From assembly GCA_021202205.1 (NCBI GenBank), contig JAJQDJ010000170.1:1-24765 (forward strand): DNA of 24,765 nt, read 5' to 3'. Below are positions 1-8,020 of the stretch, in pieces; position 1 is the first letter of the stretch; each line of letters starts with the position of its first letter. The notes below the pieces were generated by a model. The model was not told the DNA's origin and ran no database searches. It saw nothing but the letters and a program-made list of their open reading frames with translations. The stretch comes from Erysipelotrichaceae bacterium. GTDB lineage: Bacteria > Bacillota_I > Bacilli_A > Erysipelotrichales > Coprobacillaceae. Both the position numbers and the translations under genes were made by a program.

Positions 1-100
1 TGATACTAAAATAGGCCTGTAAAATGGACAGTTAAATAAAAAAGACCCCTTCTCGTTTTTGAGAAGGGGAATGTCACCAAATCTTAACTTAATGACATTG
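1..100. mobile_element. Probable terminal segment of an IS element (IS4-family-like); transposase lies outside the window
   Basis: The reverse complement of 83-100 is CAATGTCATTAAGTTAAG, 13/18 identical to the IS4 terminal IR as I recall it (TAATGCCGATCAGTTAAG). There is an internal IR AATGTCA(70-76)/TGACATT(93-99) and a subterminal terminator. FKBP similarity begins abruptly at about 100, with an in-frame TAA at 85-87. Family call is from memory; no second end or transposase is visible. Confidence 0.55.
38..69 (-). terminator. Intrinsic terminator inside the putative IS end, oriented on the minus strand
   Basis: 9-bp stem CCCCTTCTC(46-54)/GAGAAGGGG(61-69), 6-nt loop; A6 at 38-43 gives a U-tract on the minus strand. 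Confidence 0.7.
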
Positions 101-318
101 GTGCCAATGGATATTTATTAGAAATGGGTTCTGATACGTTCATTGATGGCTTTGAAGATCAGATTATCGGAATGAAAGCAGGAGAAACACAAACTATTAC
201 AGTTACATTTCCGTCAACCTATGGCTCTACTACCGTCAATGGTGAAACTGTATCACTTGCCAATCAAGAAGTAGAATTTGAGGTATCTGTCAATCATATT
301 TTTAGAGAGGTTCAATAA
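101..318 (+). pseudogene. 3' remnant of an FKBP-type peptidyl-prolyl isomerase (trigger-factor-like FKBP domain at the C-terminus)
   Basis: The frame reads ANGYLLEMGSDTFIDGFEDQIIGMKAGETQTITVTFPSTYG...LANQEVEFEVSV, matching the trigger-factor FKBP pattern (LELGSxxFIxGFEDQLIGMKAGE...VTFPxxY). Similarity extends upstream of ATG 124, which lacks an RBS, and the frame is closed by TAA 85-87. It ends right after the FKBP domain, so it is not full tig. Confidence 0.75.
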
Positions 319-342
319 TCCAGAAATTTTTCTGGATTTTTT
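317..342 (+). terminator. Intrinsic terminator after the FKBP gene
   Basis: AATCCAGA-aatttt-TCTGGATT followed by a T-run, overlapping the stop codon. Confidence 0.75.
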
Positions 343-411
343 AATTGTGCTAATTGGCATGATATATGATCATAGAGAAAAGGATAAACTACTATCTCTT
401 TCATAAAATAG

Positions 412-443
412 AAAGCAAGTTTTTTACAAACTTGCTTTTTTTT
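412..443 (+). terminator. Terminator-like inverted repeat upstream of the truB promoter
   Basis: AAAGCAAGTTT(412-422)-N5-AAACTTGCTTT(428-438) with a T8 run at 436-443; no gene visible directly upstream of it. Confidence 0.6.
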
Positions 444-454
444 ATTTTGATTTA

Positions 455-463
455 TGGTATACT
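455..463 (+). promoter_or_regulatory. Extended -10 sigma-A promoter for truB-ribF
   Basis: TGgTATACT; no consensus -35 at 17 bp. Confidence 0.55.
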
Positions 464-480
464 ATGCCTTGGTGATAAAA

Positions 481-1317
481 ATGGATGGAATATTGCTAAT
501 TAATAAACCAATACATATGACAAGTCATGATGTTGTGAATGTTGTTCGTTATACTTTTCATACAAAGAAAGTAGGACATTGTGGAACGTTGGATCCTGAT
601 GCCAGTGGTGTTCTTGTTTTATGTATTGGTAAAGCAACAAAAGCTTTACAATTTTTACAAAGTGATGATAAAGAATATATAACGACACTTTCGTTGGGGA
701 GTTCTACAGATACATATGATGCTTCTGGTAAGGTTGTGGATACCAAAAGATTTGATGGTATTAATAATCTTGAAGAAGTAATCAATTCTTATATAGGTGC
801 ACAAAAACAAGTTCCACCAATGTATTCAGCTATTAAGGTTCAAGGTAAAAAACTTTATGAATATGCTAGAAAAAATGAAACGGTAGAAGTCAAACCAAGA
901 GATATTACGATTTACGATATAGAATTATTAAATGTGTTGGATAATGAAATAACAATGAAAGTATTATGTTCTAAAGGAACATATATTAGATCATTATGTC
1001 GTGATATGGCTTTATCTTTAGGTTATCCTGGACATATGAAGTCATTGATTCGAAGTAAGTCTGGAAAATTTCAATTAGAAGATTGTTTTACTTTAGATGA
1101 TATACAAAATGGAGATTATGAATTGTTAAGTTTAGAGGATGCTTTTAAGTGCTATGAACATTATGTGGTTGATGATGAAAATATTGTTTATCATGGTAAA
1201 CTTATAAAAAGTGATATTGATCATAATGTTGTTGTCGTGAATAAGGATCATAAGGTATTAGCTGTTTATGGACCTAATGGACAAGGCTATTTAAAGAGTA
1301 TAAGGGGATTATTTTAA
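481..1317 (+). CDS. truB: tRNA pseudouridine(55) synthase TruB
   Basis: MDGILLINKP..TSHDVV, GHCGTLDP with the catalytic Asp, PPMYSAIK, CSKGTYIRSL. Start moved from 454 to ATG 481: GGTGA RBS at 471-475, and 454 overlaps the -10 box. Confidence 0.97.
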   Translation: MDGILLINKPIHMTSHDVVNVVRYTFHTKKVGHCGTLDPDASGVLVLCIGKATKALQFLQSDDKEYITTLSLGSSTDTYDASGKVVDTKRFDGINNLEEVINSYIGAQKQVPPMYSAIKVQGKKLYEYARKNETVEVKPRDITIYDIELLNVLDNEITMKVLCSKGTYIRSLCRDMALSLGYPGHMKSLIRSKSGKFQLEDCFTLDDIQNGDYELLSLEDAFKCYEHYVVDDENIVYHGKLIKSDIDHNVVVVNKDHKVLAVYGPNGQGYLKSIRGLF

Positions 1318-2228
1318 TGAAAGTTATACATTTAGATGGACATAGGATTCCTATTAAAGAGCATGTTGTAAGTGCAATAGGATACTTTGATGGACTTCAT
1401 CTAGGTCATATGGCGCTTGTTAAGGAGGCTCTAAACGTTTCTCAAACAAAAGGGTATAAGAGTGCCCTTATGACCTTTGATCATCAACCAGGCTATATTC
1501 TAGGCTATTTGAAAGAAGAAAAATACTTATCATCCATGTTAGATCGAAAAGAAATATTAGAAAAACTTGGTGTCGATTATTTATTCATTATAGATTTTTC
1601 TAAAGATGTTGCCAAGTTGTCACCTGACACATTTATTCAAAAGTATATTGCTAATGCTTCTATTGAGCATCTTGTCTGTGGTTTCGATTTTCGTTTTGGT
1701 TATCAAAACCAAGGTGATGCCTCTTATTTATTAGATTATCCAAATCTTGATATAAGCATAATTGATGAAGTTATTTATAACAATGAAAAAATATCTTCTT
1801 CTAGAATCAGACAATGTCTCGATCAAGGTCATATTGAAGAAGCCAATATCTTACTAGGTAGAAACTATACCATTACTGGTAAAATCATCAAAGGTAGACA
1901 AATTGGTAGAACTATTGGTTTTGCTACAGCTAATATAGAATATAAAAACTACTATTTACCAAAACGTGGTGTTTATGTTGTGAAAGCCTATATTCATAAT
2001 CAAGAATATATGGGTATGTGTAATATTGGCTTAAATCCTACTTTTAGTGAATTATCACATTATTCTTTAGAAGTGAATATTTTAGATTTTGATGATGACA
2101 TTTATGGAGAATATCTTAAGGTTGAATTCTATGATATGATTCGAGGTGAAAAAACCTTTGATAACCGCCAAGGACTCATACAACAACTGATGCATGATCA
2201 ACAATATATTCGCGATTACTTTCAATAA
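1317..2228 (+). CDS. ribF: Bifunctional riboflavin kinase / FAD synthetase
   Basis: GYFDGLHLGH, GFDFRFG, ISSSRIR, GRQIGRTIGFATANI, LEVNILDF; TAATG overlap with the truB stop. Confidence 0.96.
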   Translation: MKVIHLDGHRIPIKEHVVSAIGYFDGLHLGHMALVKEALNVSQTKGYKSALMTFDHQPGYILGYLKEEKYLSSMLDRKEILEKLGVDYLFIIDFSKDVAKLSPDTFIQKYIANASIEHLVCGFDFRFGYQNQGDASYLLDYPNLDISIIDEVIYNNEKISSSRIRQCLDQGHIEEANILLGRNYTITGKIIKGRQIGRTIGFATANIEYKNYYLPKRGVYVVKAYIHNQEYMGMCNIGLNPTFSELSHYSLEVNILDFDDDIYGEYLKVEFYDMIRGEKTFDNRQGLIQQLMHDQQYIRDYFQ

Positions 2229-2254
2229 CATTGAATCATTCAATGTTATTTTTT
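2224..2254 (+). terminator. Intrinsic terminator after ribF
   Basis: 12-bp stem AATAACATTGAA(2224-2235)-tca-TTCAATGTTATT(2239-2250) plus T-run. Confidence 0.8.
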
Positions 2255-2263
2255 ATAAAAGAC

Positions 2264-2272
2264 TGTTATAAT
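2264..2272 (+). promoter_or_regulatory. Candidate extended -10 promoter for malQ-patatin
   Basis: TGtTATAAT just downstream of the ribF terminator; a second TATAAT at 2359-2364 lacks a -35; very AT-rich context. Confidence 0.4.
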
Positions 2273-2392
2273 TATAAAATGTTGTATTAGATTTTTTATG
2301 TTGAATCTTTAATTTAATGTTTTTCATTTTTATGATACAAATCATTGAAGAATTCATGTATAATAAATATATCGAAATTTGAGGAGATTTGT

Positions 2393-4696
2393 ATGAGAAA
2401 AGATGCTGGTTTATTGTTTCCAATTTCATGTTTACCTAATGCTTATGGAATTGGTGATTTTGGGAAAAATGCATATGAGCTTGTTGATAAGATGGCTGAT
2501 GCTCATATTCATGTTTGGCAGATCTTGCCTTTAAATCCATTAGGTTATGGAAATTCACCTTATCAGCCATTATCATCTCAGGCAGGAGATGAGATTTATT
2601 TAAGTTTGGATCAATTTGTAGATGAGGGACTATTAGATCATATTGATTCATATAATGAAGATGCCACTGCTGTAGCTTATCAAGAAATCAGAAAAATTAA
2701 ATTTGCTTTATATCAGAAAGCTTTTGAGAATTTTAGGCCTGATGATAGTTATTATCAATTTTTAGAGGATAATTCTTGGGTTAAAGATTATGCGATATAC
2801 AAAGTATTTAAAACTATTAATAATGAATTACCTTGGACAGAGTGGAAAAAGGAATATAAGAATTATGTTAATGATAAGAGTTTTTCTTTAACATCTTTAA
2901 CGAAAGAAATAGAATTATATATATTTTTACAATATGAATTTTTTAAACAATGGGATGGTTTAAAAAAATATGCTAATGAACATGATATTATTATTATTGG
3001 TGATATGCCTATTTATGTCGGATTGGATTCAGTTGATGTATGGACAAACCAGGAAAGGTTCTTACTAGAAGAAGATGGTACACCATCTTTTGTTGCAGGG
3101 GTACCACCTGATTATTTTAGTGCCTATGGTCAAAGATGGGGAAATCCTATTTATGATTGGGATTATTTAAAGGAAAATGGATTTAAGTTTTGGGTAGATC
3201 GTCTCAAGGCAGCACTCAATATGTATGATACGGTTAGGATTGATCACTTTCGTGCATTTGATACTTATTGGAAAATACCAGCTAGTGAACCTACTGCTAT
3301 TATAGGAGAGTGGGTAGAAGCTCCTGGATATGCTTTATTTGATACTTTAATAGATGAATTAGATAATTTTTCTGTTTTAGCTGAAGATTTGGGTGATTTA
3401 AGAGCAGAAGTTTATGATTTAAGAGATCATTATCATTTAAAAGGTATGTATATTTTCCAGTTCCATCATTCTGATGATTTTGATATGAATAAGGTTGTTG
3501 TTTATACAGGTACACATGATAATGATACGATTGTAGCTTGGTATGATGAGTTGGATGATCATTATAAGAAAAAAATTCAGCATGTTTTAAAAGATTACGA
3601 CGAAGCTGAAATTCATCAAAAAATTCTTCATTATTGTTTAGATTTAGAAGCAGAAACCATTATTATACCTGTTTGGGATATAATGGGATGTGGAAAAGGA
3701 TGCCGTTTTAATGTACCTAGTACCATTGGTTCACCTAACTGGGAATGGCGTATTTCTTCATTTGTTGAATTTGATAAAGCTTTGGCAGTATATAAAGATT
3801 TGATTCATCAAAGTTTAAGAGATTCATCTTATCCTCATTATACTTATAGTGATTATGTTTATGAAATTGTTGATGATAAAATTCAATTATTAAAATATTG
3901 TGGACATAGGGAAGAGCTCGTTGTTCCTAAAAAGATTCATGATCATACCATAACAATCATAGGAAATGGCTGTTTTGAAGATAATATGTTTATTAAGAAC
4001 GTTAAGTTACCTTCGACAGTTGAAGTGATAGAAGAAAATGCTTTTAAAAATTGTCATACTTTAGAAAGTATTGATTTATCGTCTTGTTCATTAACACATA
4101 TATTGAAAGACACATTTGGTCATTGTACAAATTTAACGAGTCTGTTATTACCAAAGAGTTTAATAAGTATAGACAATGCATTAGGATATTGTGAAAGTCT
4201 TAGGACTCTAACAATACCTGCACATGTTATATCTTTGAATATAGAAAATGTTTCTGATGATTTTGAAATTTATATTTATCAAGGTTCAAAAGGAGAACAA
4301 TTGGCTAATAAGAATTGTATTCGTTTTAGTTATATAGATGAACCAGTCTTTGAATTTGAAATATTAGATAATGAATATGCTGAGATAAAAGTCTATCATG
4401 GTCATAAAAAAATGATTGAGATACCAACTTATTACCAATCATATAAAGTCATATCCGTAGGAGAAAAACTATTTTATCATAATGATGACATCAAAATCAT
4501 TTATATTTCTGATACAATTACAACTATCAAATCACAAGCCTTTAAAAATTGCCCGGAATTGTTGGTTGTACAAATACCTGAAAGCGTTATGAATATAGCA
4601 GATGATGTTTTTGATGAACGTGTCTATATTGAAACGAAAAAAGATTCTTATGCTTATCAATATGCTTTAAATCATCATCTTAAAATTATTGAATAG
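2393..4696 (+). CDS. malQ: 4-alpha-glucanotransferase (amylomaltase, GH77) fused to two C-terminal BspA/LRR_5-type modules
   Basis: GH77 motifs: GIGDFG, WQILPLNP, SPYQ, GDMPIYV, GVPPDYFS..GQRWGNP, RIDHFR (nucleophile), AEDLG (acid/base), YTGTHDNDT. After about 3850 come LPSTVEVIEENAFKNC-type repeats. Start moved from TTG 2345 to ATG 2393 (GAGGAG at 2381-2386). Confidence 0.93.
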   Translation: MRKDAGLLFPISCLPNAYGIGDFGKNAYELVDKMADAHIHVWQILPLNPLGYGNSPYQPLSSQAGDEIYLSLDQFVDEGLLDHIDSYNEDATAVAYQEIRKIKFALYQKAFENFRPDDSYYQFLEDNSWVKDYAIYKVFKTINNELPWTEWKKEYKNYVNDKSFSLTSLTKEIELYIFLQYEFFKQWDGLKKYANEHDIIIIGDMPIYVGLDSVDVWTNQERFLLEEDGTPSFVAGVPPDYFSAYGQRWGNPIYDWDYLKENGFKFWVDRLKAALNMYDTVRIDHFRAFDTYWKIPASEPTAIIGEWVEAPGYALFDTLIDELDNFSVLAEDLGDLRAEVYDLRDHYHLKGMYIFQFHHSDDFDMNKVVVYTGTHDNDTIVAWYDELDDHYKKKIQHVLKDYDEAEIHQKILHYCLDLEAETIIIPVWDIMGCGKGCRFNVPSTIGSPNWEWRISSFVEFDKALAVYKDLIHQSLRDSSYPHYTYSDYVYEIVDDKIQLLKYCGHREELVVPKKIHDHTITIIGNGCFEDNMFIKNVKLPSTVEVIEENAFKNCHTLESIDLSSCSLTHILKDTFGHCTNLTSLLLPKSLISIDNALGYCESLRTLTIPAHVISLNIENVSDDFEIYIYQGSKGEQLANKNCIRFSYIDEPVFEFEILDNEYAEIKVYHGHKKMIEIPTYYQSYKVISVGEKLFYHNDDIKIIYISDTITTIKSQAFKNCPELLVVQIPESVMNIADDVFDERVYIETKKDSYAYQYALNHHLKIIE

Positions 4697-4705
4697 GAGG
4701 ATGTT

Positions 4706-5767
4706 ATGAAACGTGCATTGGTTTTAGCTGGTGGTGGATCCAAAGGTGCTTATGAAGTTGGTTTTGTGAAAGCTTTAATTGAGTTGGGAATAGCTTATCA
4801 GATTGTAAGTGGAACATCTATTGGTGCGTTGAATGGATGTTTATTGGCTCAACAGGATTTTGAGGCAATGGAGAGCTTATGGGCACAATTGGATATTACA
4901 AAGGTTTTTACCAATGGTTTTTATCCGAAGTTTTCAAGTGATATCGAGGATATGCTTGATCAATCCAACCTTGCTGTTTCATTTTTTAAGAGTTTTTTGA
5001 AGGAAAAAGGTGCTGATATTACACCTTTGAAAAATATTATTAGAAGTTTGTTAAACGAAGAAAAATTATTGCAATCTCCTATTGATTTTGGCTTATGTAC
5101 TGTCTTTTATCCAACATTAAAACCATTAATGATTAGTAAATCAGAGATGCAAAGAGAATATATTTTTGATTATCTTATTGCCAGTGCATCATGTTTCCCA
5201 GTTTTTCCTATTCATACTTTTAATCATCAATCCTATATTGATGGTGGATATTATGATAATGTTCCGATTGATTTGGCTTTTGATATGGGCGCTGATGAAG
5301 TTTTGGTTATTGATATGCACAACGTTGCGACTCATCCTCATTATGTTAATCGTCCTCATGTTATTTATACCACACCATATGTGGATTTAGGAAAATTTAT
5401 GGACTTTAATCGTAAAAGTATTGAACGTAACGAGCGTATTGGCTATCAAACAGCAATGAAAACCTTTGATCATTTATTTGGTGCCAAATACACATTTTAT
5501 CCATTTGAAAGTACACTGTTTCATGAATTTTATAGTCAGGTTCTTTCTCTTGAAAGAAAAATGCGTGTGATTTTAGAAAATGATAATGATTCTGTTTATA
5601 ACGATTATTTAAAATCTCATAAAAATCAACCTTTAAAGGAAGAAGATTATTTATACATTACTTTAGATTGGATAGGAGAACTTTTAGAAATAGATCCTAC
5701 TTATATTTATGAATATTCTAAATTTGTAGATGACATATTAAAAGAATTTGATGAATATATTCAATAA
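4706..5767 (+). CDS. Patatin-like phospholipase, apparently truncated by a premature TAA
   Basis: GGGSKG oxyanion motif, GTSIG nucleophile elbow, DGGYYDN catalytic Asp; RBS AGGAGG overlaps the malQ stop. Confidence 0.92.
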   Translation: MKRALVLAGGGSKGAYEVGFVKALIELGIAYQIVSGTSIGALNGCLLAQQDFEAMESLWAQLDITKVFTNGFYPKFSSDIEDMLDQSNLAVSFFKSFLKEKGADITPLKNIIRSLLNEEKLLQSPIDFGLCTVFYPTLKPLMISKSEMQREYIFDYLIASASCFPVFPIHTFNHQSYIDGGYYDNVPIDLAFDMGADEVLVIDMHNVATHPHYVNRPHVIYTTPYVDLGKFMDFNRKSIERNERIGYQTAMKTFDHLFGAKYTFYPFESTLFHEFYSQVLSLERKMRVILENDNDSVYNDYLKSHKNQPLKEEDYLYITLDWIGELLEIDPTYIYEYSKFVDDILKEFDEYIQ

Positions 5768-5980
5768 GATTATCATATTTTACCTTTTGAATCTATAGAT
5801 AATTTTTTAAACAATCTTAATACTATTAATCGTAAAGGGCTTGTTGGTCGATTATTGCATATGACATTCTATCCTGAAAGCAATAAAATGGATATTCATA
5901 AGTTTTTTAGCTTATTTACAAAAGAAATACTCATGTCACGATTACTTTATTTGTTATATTATGAAAAAGGAGCTCTTTAG
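5768..5980 (+). pseudogene. In-frame 70-codon continuation of the patatin ORF beyond TAA 5765-5767
   Basis: Same frame reads DYHILPFESIDNFLNNLNTINRKGLVGRLLHMTFYPESNKMDIHKFFSLFTKEILMSRLLYLLYYEKGAL to TAG 5978-5980, which lies in the terminator hairpin. Confidence 0.7.
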
Positions 5981-5993
5981 TGAGCTCTTTAAA
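5964..5993. terminator. Probable bidirectional terminator between convergent patatin and coaX
   Basis: AAAAAGGAGCTC-tttagt-GAGCTCTTT; A-run on the left, short T-run on the right. Confidence 0.65.
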
Positions 5994-6768
5994 TATACAA
6001 ATATTTTTTTGTTTTTTCATAAATAATTTTTAAGCCTTTGAAAGTTAAATGAACATCATATATATCTATCATATCAGTTTCTTTAGAAAGAATACGTCCT
6101 AAACCACCTGTAGAAATAACTTTCATATTTTCACCATATTCTTCCTTAATTGTTTTAATAATATATTCTGTTTGTCCGATATAACCAAATACGACGCCTG
6201 CCTGCATGCTTTTAATGGTATTTTTAGCAATAATTTTATCAGGCTTTTGGATTTCTATTTCAGGTAATTTGGCCGTTTGACTAGACAAAGCCTGAGCTGA
6301 AATACCAATACCTGGAGCAGTTGCACCGCCAAGAAATTCACCTTTGGCACTCACGACATCATATGTCGTCGCTGTTCCAAAATCAATGACGATACAAGGA
6401 CCACCATATGTATAATAGGCTCCTGCTGCATCAACCAATCTATCTGCCCCTAAAGCAGCTGGATTATCGATACGAATATCAATTCCGGTTTTCACTCCAG
6501 GACCTACAAAGATAGGATTTTTATGGAAATATTTACGAATACAATTGGTAAAAGAATAATTAATTTTTGGAACAACACTGGATATAATCACATCTTCAAT
6601 TTGATTAACATCAATAGATTGGGCATTTAAAAATGACAATAACATAAATCCATATTCATCAGATGTTCTATGAAGACCTGTGGTTAAACGATAAGTACCC
6701 ATGAGTTTATCATTATCATAGACGCCTATTGTAATATTTGTATTACCAATATCAATCACTACTAACAT
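5989..6768 (-). CDS. coaX: Type III pantothenate kinase
   Basis: IDIGNTN, ISSVVP, LGADRL, VIDFGTATT, GGATAPGI, STGG; overlaps the coaBC stop. Confidence 0.96.
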   Translation of the reverse strand: MLVVIDIGNTNITIGVYDNDKLMGTYRLTTGLHRTSDEYGFMLLSFLNAQSIDVNQIEDVIISSVVPKINYSFTNCIRKYFHKNPIFVGPGVKTGIDIRIDNPAALGADRLVDAAGAYYTYGGPCIVIDFGTATTYDVVSAKGEFLGGATAPGIGISAQALSSQTAKLPEIEIQKPDKIIAKNTIKSMQAGVVFGYIGQTEYIIKTIKEEYGENMKVISTGGLGRILSKETDMIDIYDVHLTFKGLKIIYEKTKKYLYI

Positions 6769-7955
6769 TTTTTATCCTCTTCTTTCATTAATCTTTCTAG
6801 TATTTCATAAGCTAAATCTTTTTTAGACATGATATCCAGATTTTCTATACTATCTTTCGTTATCAAAGTCACAACATTGGTGTTGGTTTCAAAACCCGCA
6901 CCTTCAACTTTTAGATTATTCGCAACGATCATATCACAATTTTTCTTTTCTAATTTCGTTTTGGCATTTTCTATTAAGTGATTTGTTTCCATAGCGAAAC
7001 CACATAGTATTTGATGATCTTTTTTGTGTTGACCTAAATAATAAAGAATATCCTTATTTTTTTCTAAATCCAATATCATATGATCATCATTTTTCTTGAT
7101 TTTTTCATTACTTATATTTTTAGGACGATAATCACCAACAGCAGCAGCAAGTATCAAATAATCTTGCTTATCTGAAATAGATGTAATTGTTTCAAACATT
7201 TGTAATGCACTCATAACATTGATTATCTTGATATTAAATGGTTTTTCTATATATGTAGGTCCACTGACTAAAGTGACATCTGCACCTAAATTATAAGCTG
7301 CTTTCGCTACAGCATAACCCATCTTTCCACTGGAATGATTGGTAATATATCTTACGGGATCCATCGCTTCCTGTGTTGGTCCAGCTGACACGAGTACTTT
7401 TTTGCCTAATAATGGTTTTGGAGCCAAAACATATTCTAATGCATCAATCAATTTACTTTCACTTGCCAGTTTACCTTGTCCAACATCACCACAAGCTAGT
7501 AATCCTTCATCTGGTTCAACAAAATAAACTCCAGTATCTTTGAGTATTTGGATATTTCTTTGAGTTATGGGATTTTGATACATATGTATATTCATAGCTG
7601 GTGCGATAATCTTTGGACAAGTGGATGCTAAAAATGCACATGTGAGCATATTATCTGCCATTCCATAAGCAACTTTAGCAATTGTATTGGCACTTGCTGG
7701 GACAATCATAAAAGCCTCAGCTTTAGCTGCAATATCAACGTGGGTAATAGTAGCAGGCTCTTCTTCGTCAAAGGTATCGACATAGACTTTACTTTTGGTT
7801 AGTGATTGGATGCATAGTGGGGTTATAAACTTTGTAGCACTTTCACTCATTAAAACATCAATTGTATAATTCATTTTGACTAAATCACTAATCAGTTGTA
7901 TAGCTTTAAAAGCTGCAATGCTTCCAGTTATTCCAATAATAATTCTTTTTGACAT
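6762..7955 (-). CDS. coaBC: Bifunctional phosphopantothenoylcysteine decarboxylase / phosphopantothenate-cysteine ligase
   Basis: GITGSIAAFKA, PASANTIAK, PAMNIHMY, LACGDVGQGKL, SAGPTQEAMDPVRYITNHSSGKMG, AAAVGDY, GFAMET. Start moved from 7982 to ATG 7955 (AGAAAGGA RBS at 7970-7963). Confidence 0.96.
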   Translation of the reverse strand: MSKRIIIGITGSIAAFKAIQLISDLVKMNYTIDVLMSESATKFITPLCIQSLTKSKVYVDTFDEEEPATITHVDIAAKAEAFMIVPASANTIAKVAYGMADNMLTCAFLASTCPKIIAPAMNIHMYQNPITQRNIQILKDTGVYFVEPDEGLLACGDVGQGKLASESKLIDALEYVLAPKPLLGKKVLVSAGPTQEAMDPVRYITNHSSGKMGYAVAKAAYNLGADVTLVSGPTYIEKPFNIKIINVMSALQMFETITSISDKQDYLILAAAVGDYRPKNISNEKIKKNDDHMILDLEKNKDILYYLGQHKKDHQILCGFAMETNHLIENAKTKLEKKNCDMIVANNLKVEGAGFETNTNVVTLITKDSIENLDIMSKKDLAYEILERLMKEEDKKC

Positions 7956-7970
7956 TGTTTTTTCCTTTCT

Positions 7971-7997
7971 AAAAATAGCCATTTCAAAAGAAATGGC
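7971..7997 (-). terminator. Intrinsic terminator within the coaBC-coaX 5' leader (attenuator)
   Basis: Minus strand GCCAUUUC-UUUU-GAAAUGGC-UAUUUUU ending immediately before the coaBC RBS; no minus-strand gene lies upstream for it to terminate. Confidence 0.85.
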
Positions 7998-8020
7998 ATC
8001 ATAAAAAGTTTTTTTAATTC

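Noticed and set aside
124-318. Calling the 64-aa ORF trigger factor (tig)
   Set aside because: It lacks both the ribosome-binding and C-terminal chaperone domains and stops right after the FKBP domain, before a terminator
359-500. Tiny ORFs from ATG 359 (15 aa) and ATG 366 (45 aa) upstream of truB
   Set aside because: No RBS; the longer one runs through the terminator and the truB promoter
500-785. Minus-strand ORFs 500-688 and 558-785
   Set aside because: Antisense shadows of truB; no RBS or recognisable motif
1915-1940. RibF kinase motif GFATAN instead of GFPTAN
   Set aside because: Thr, Asn and the catalytic Glu are retained; probably a tolerated variant
2436-5390. Short ORFs 2436-2651 (-), 3300-3515 (-) and 5166-5390 (+, alternative frame)
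   Set aside because: Lie entirely within malQ or the patatin; composition typical of off-frame translation of AT-rich DNA
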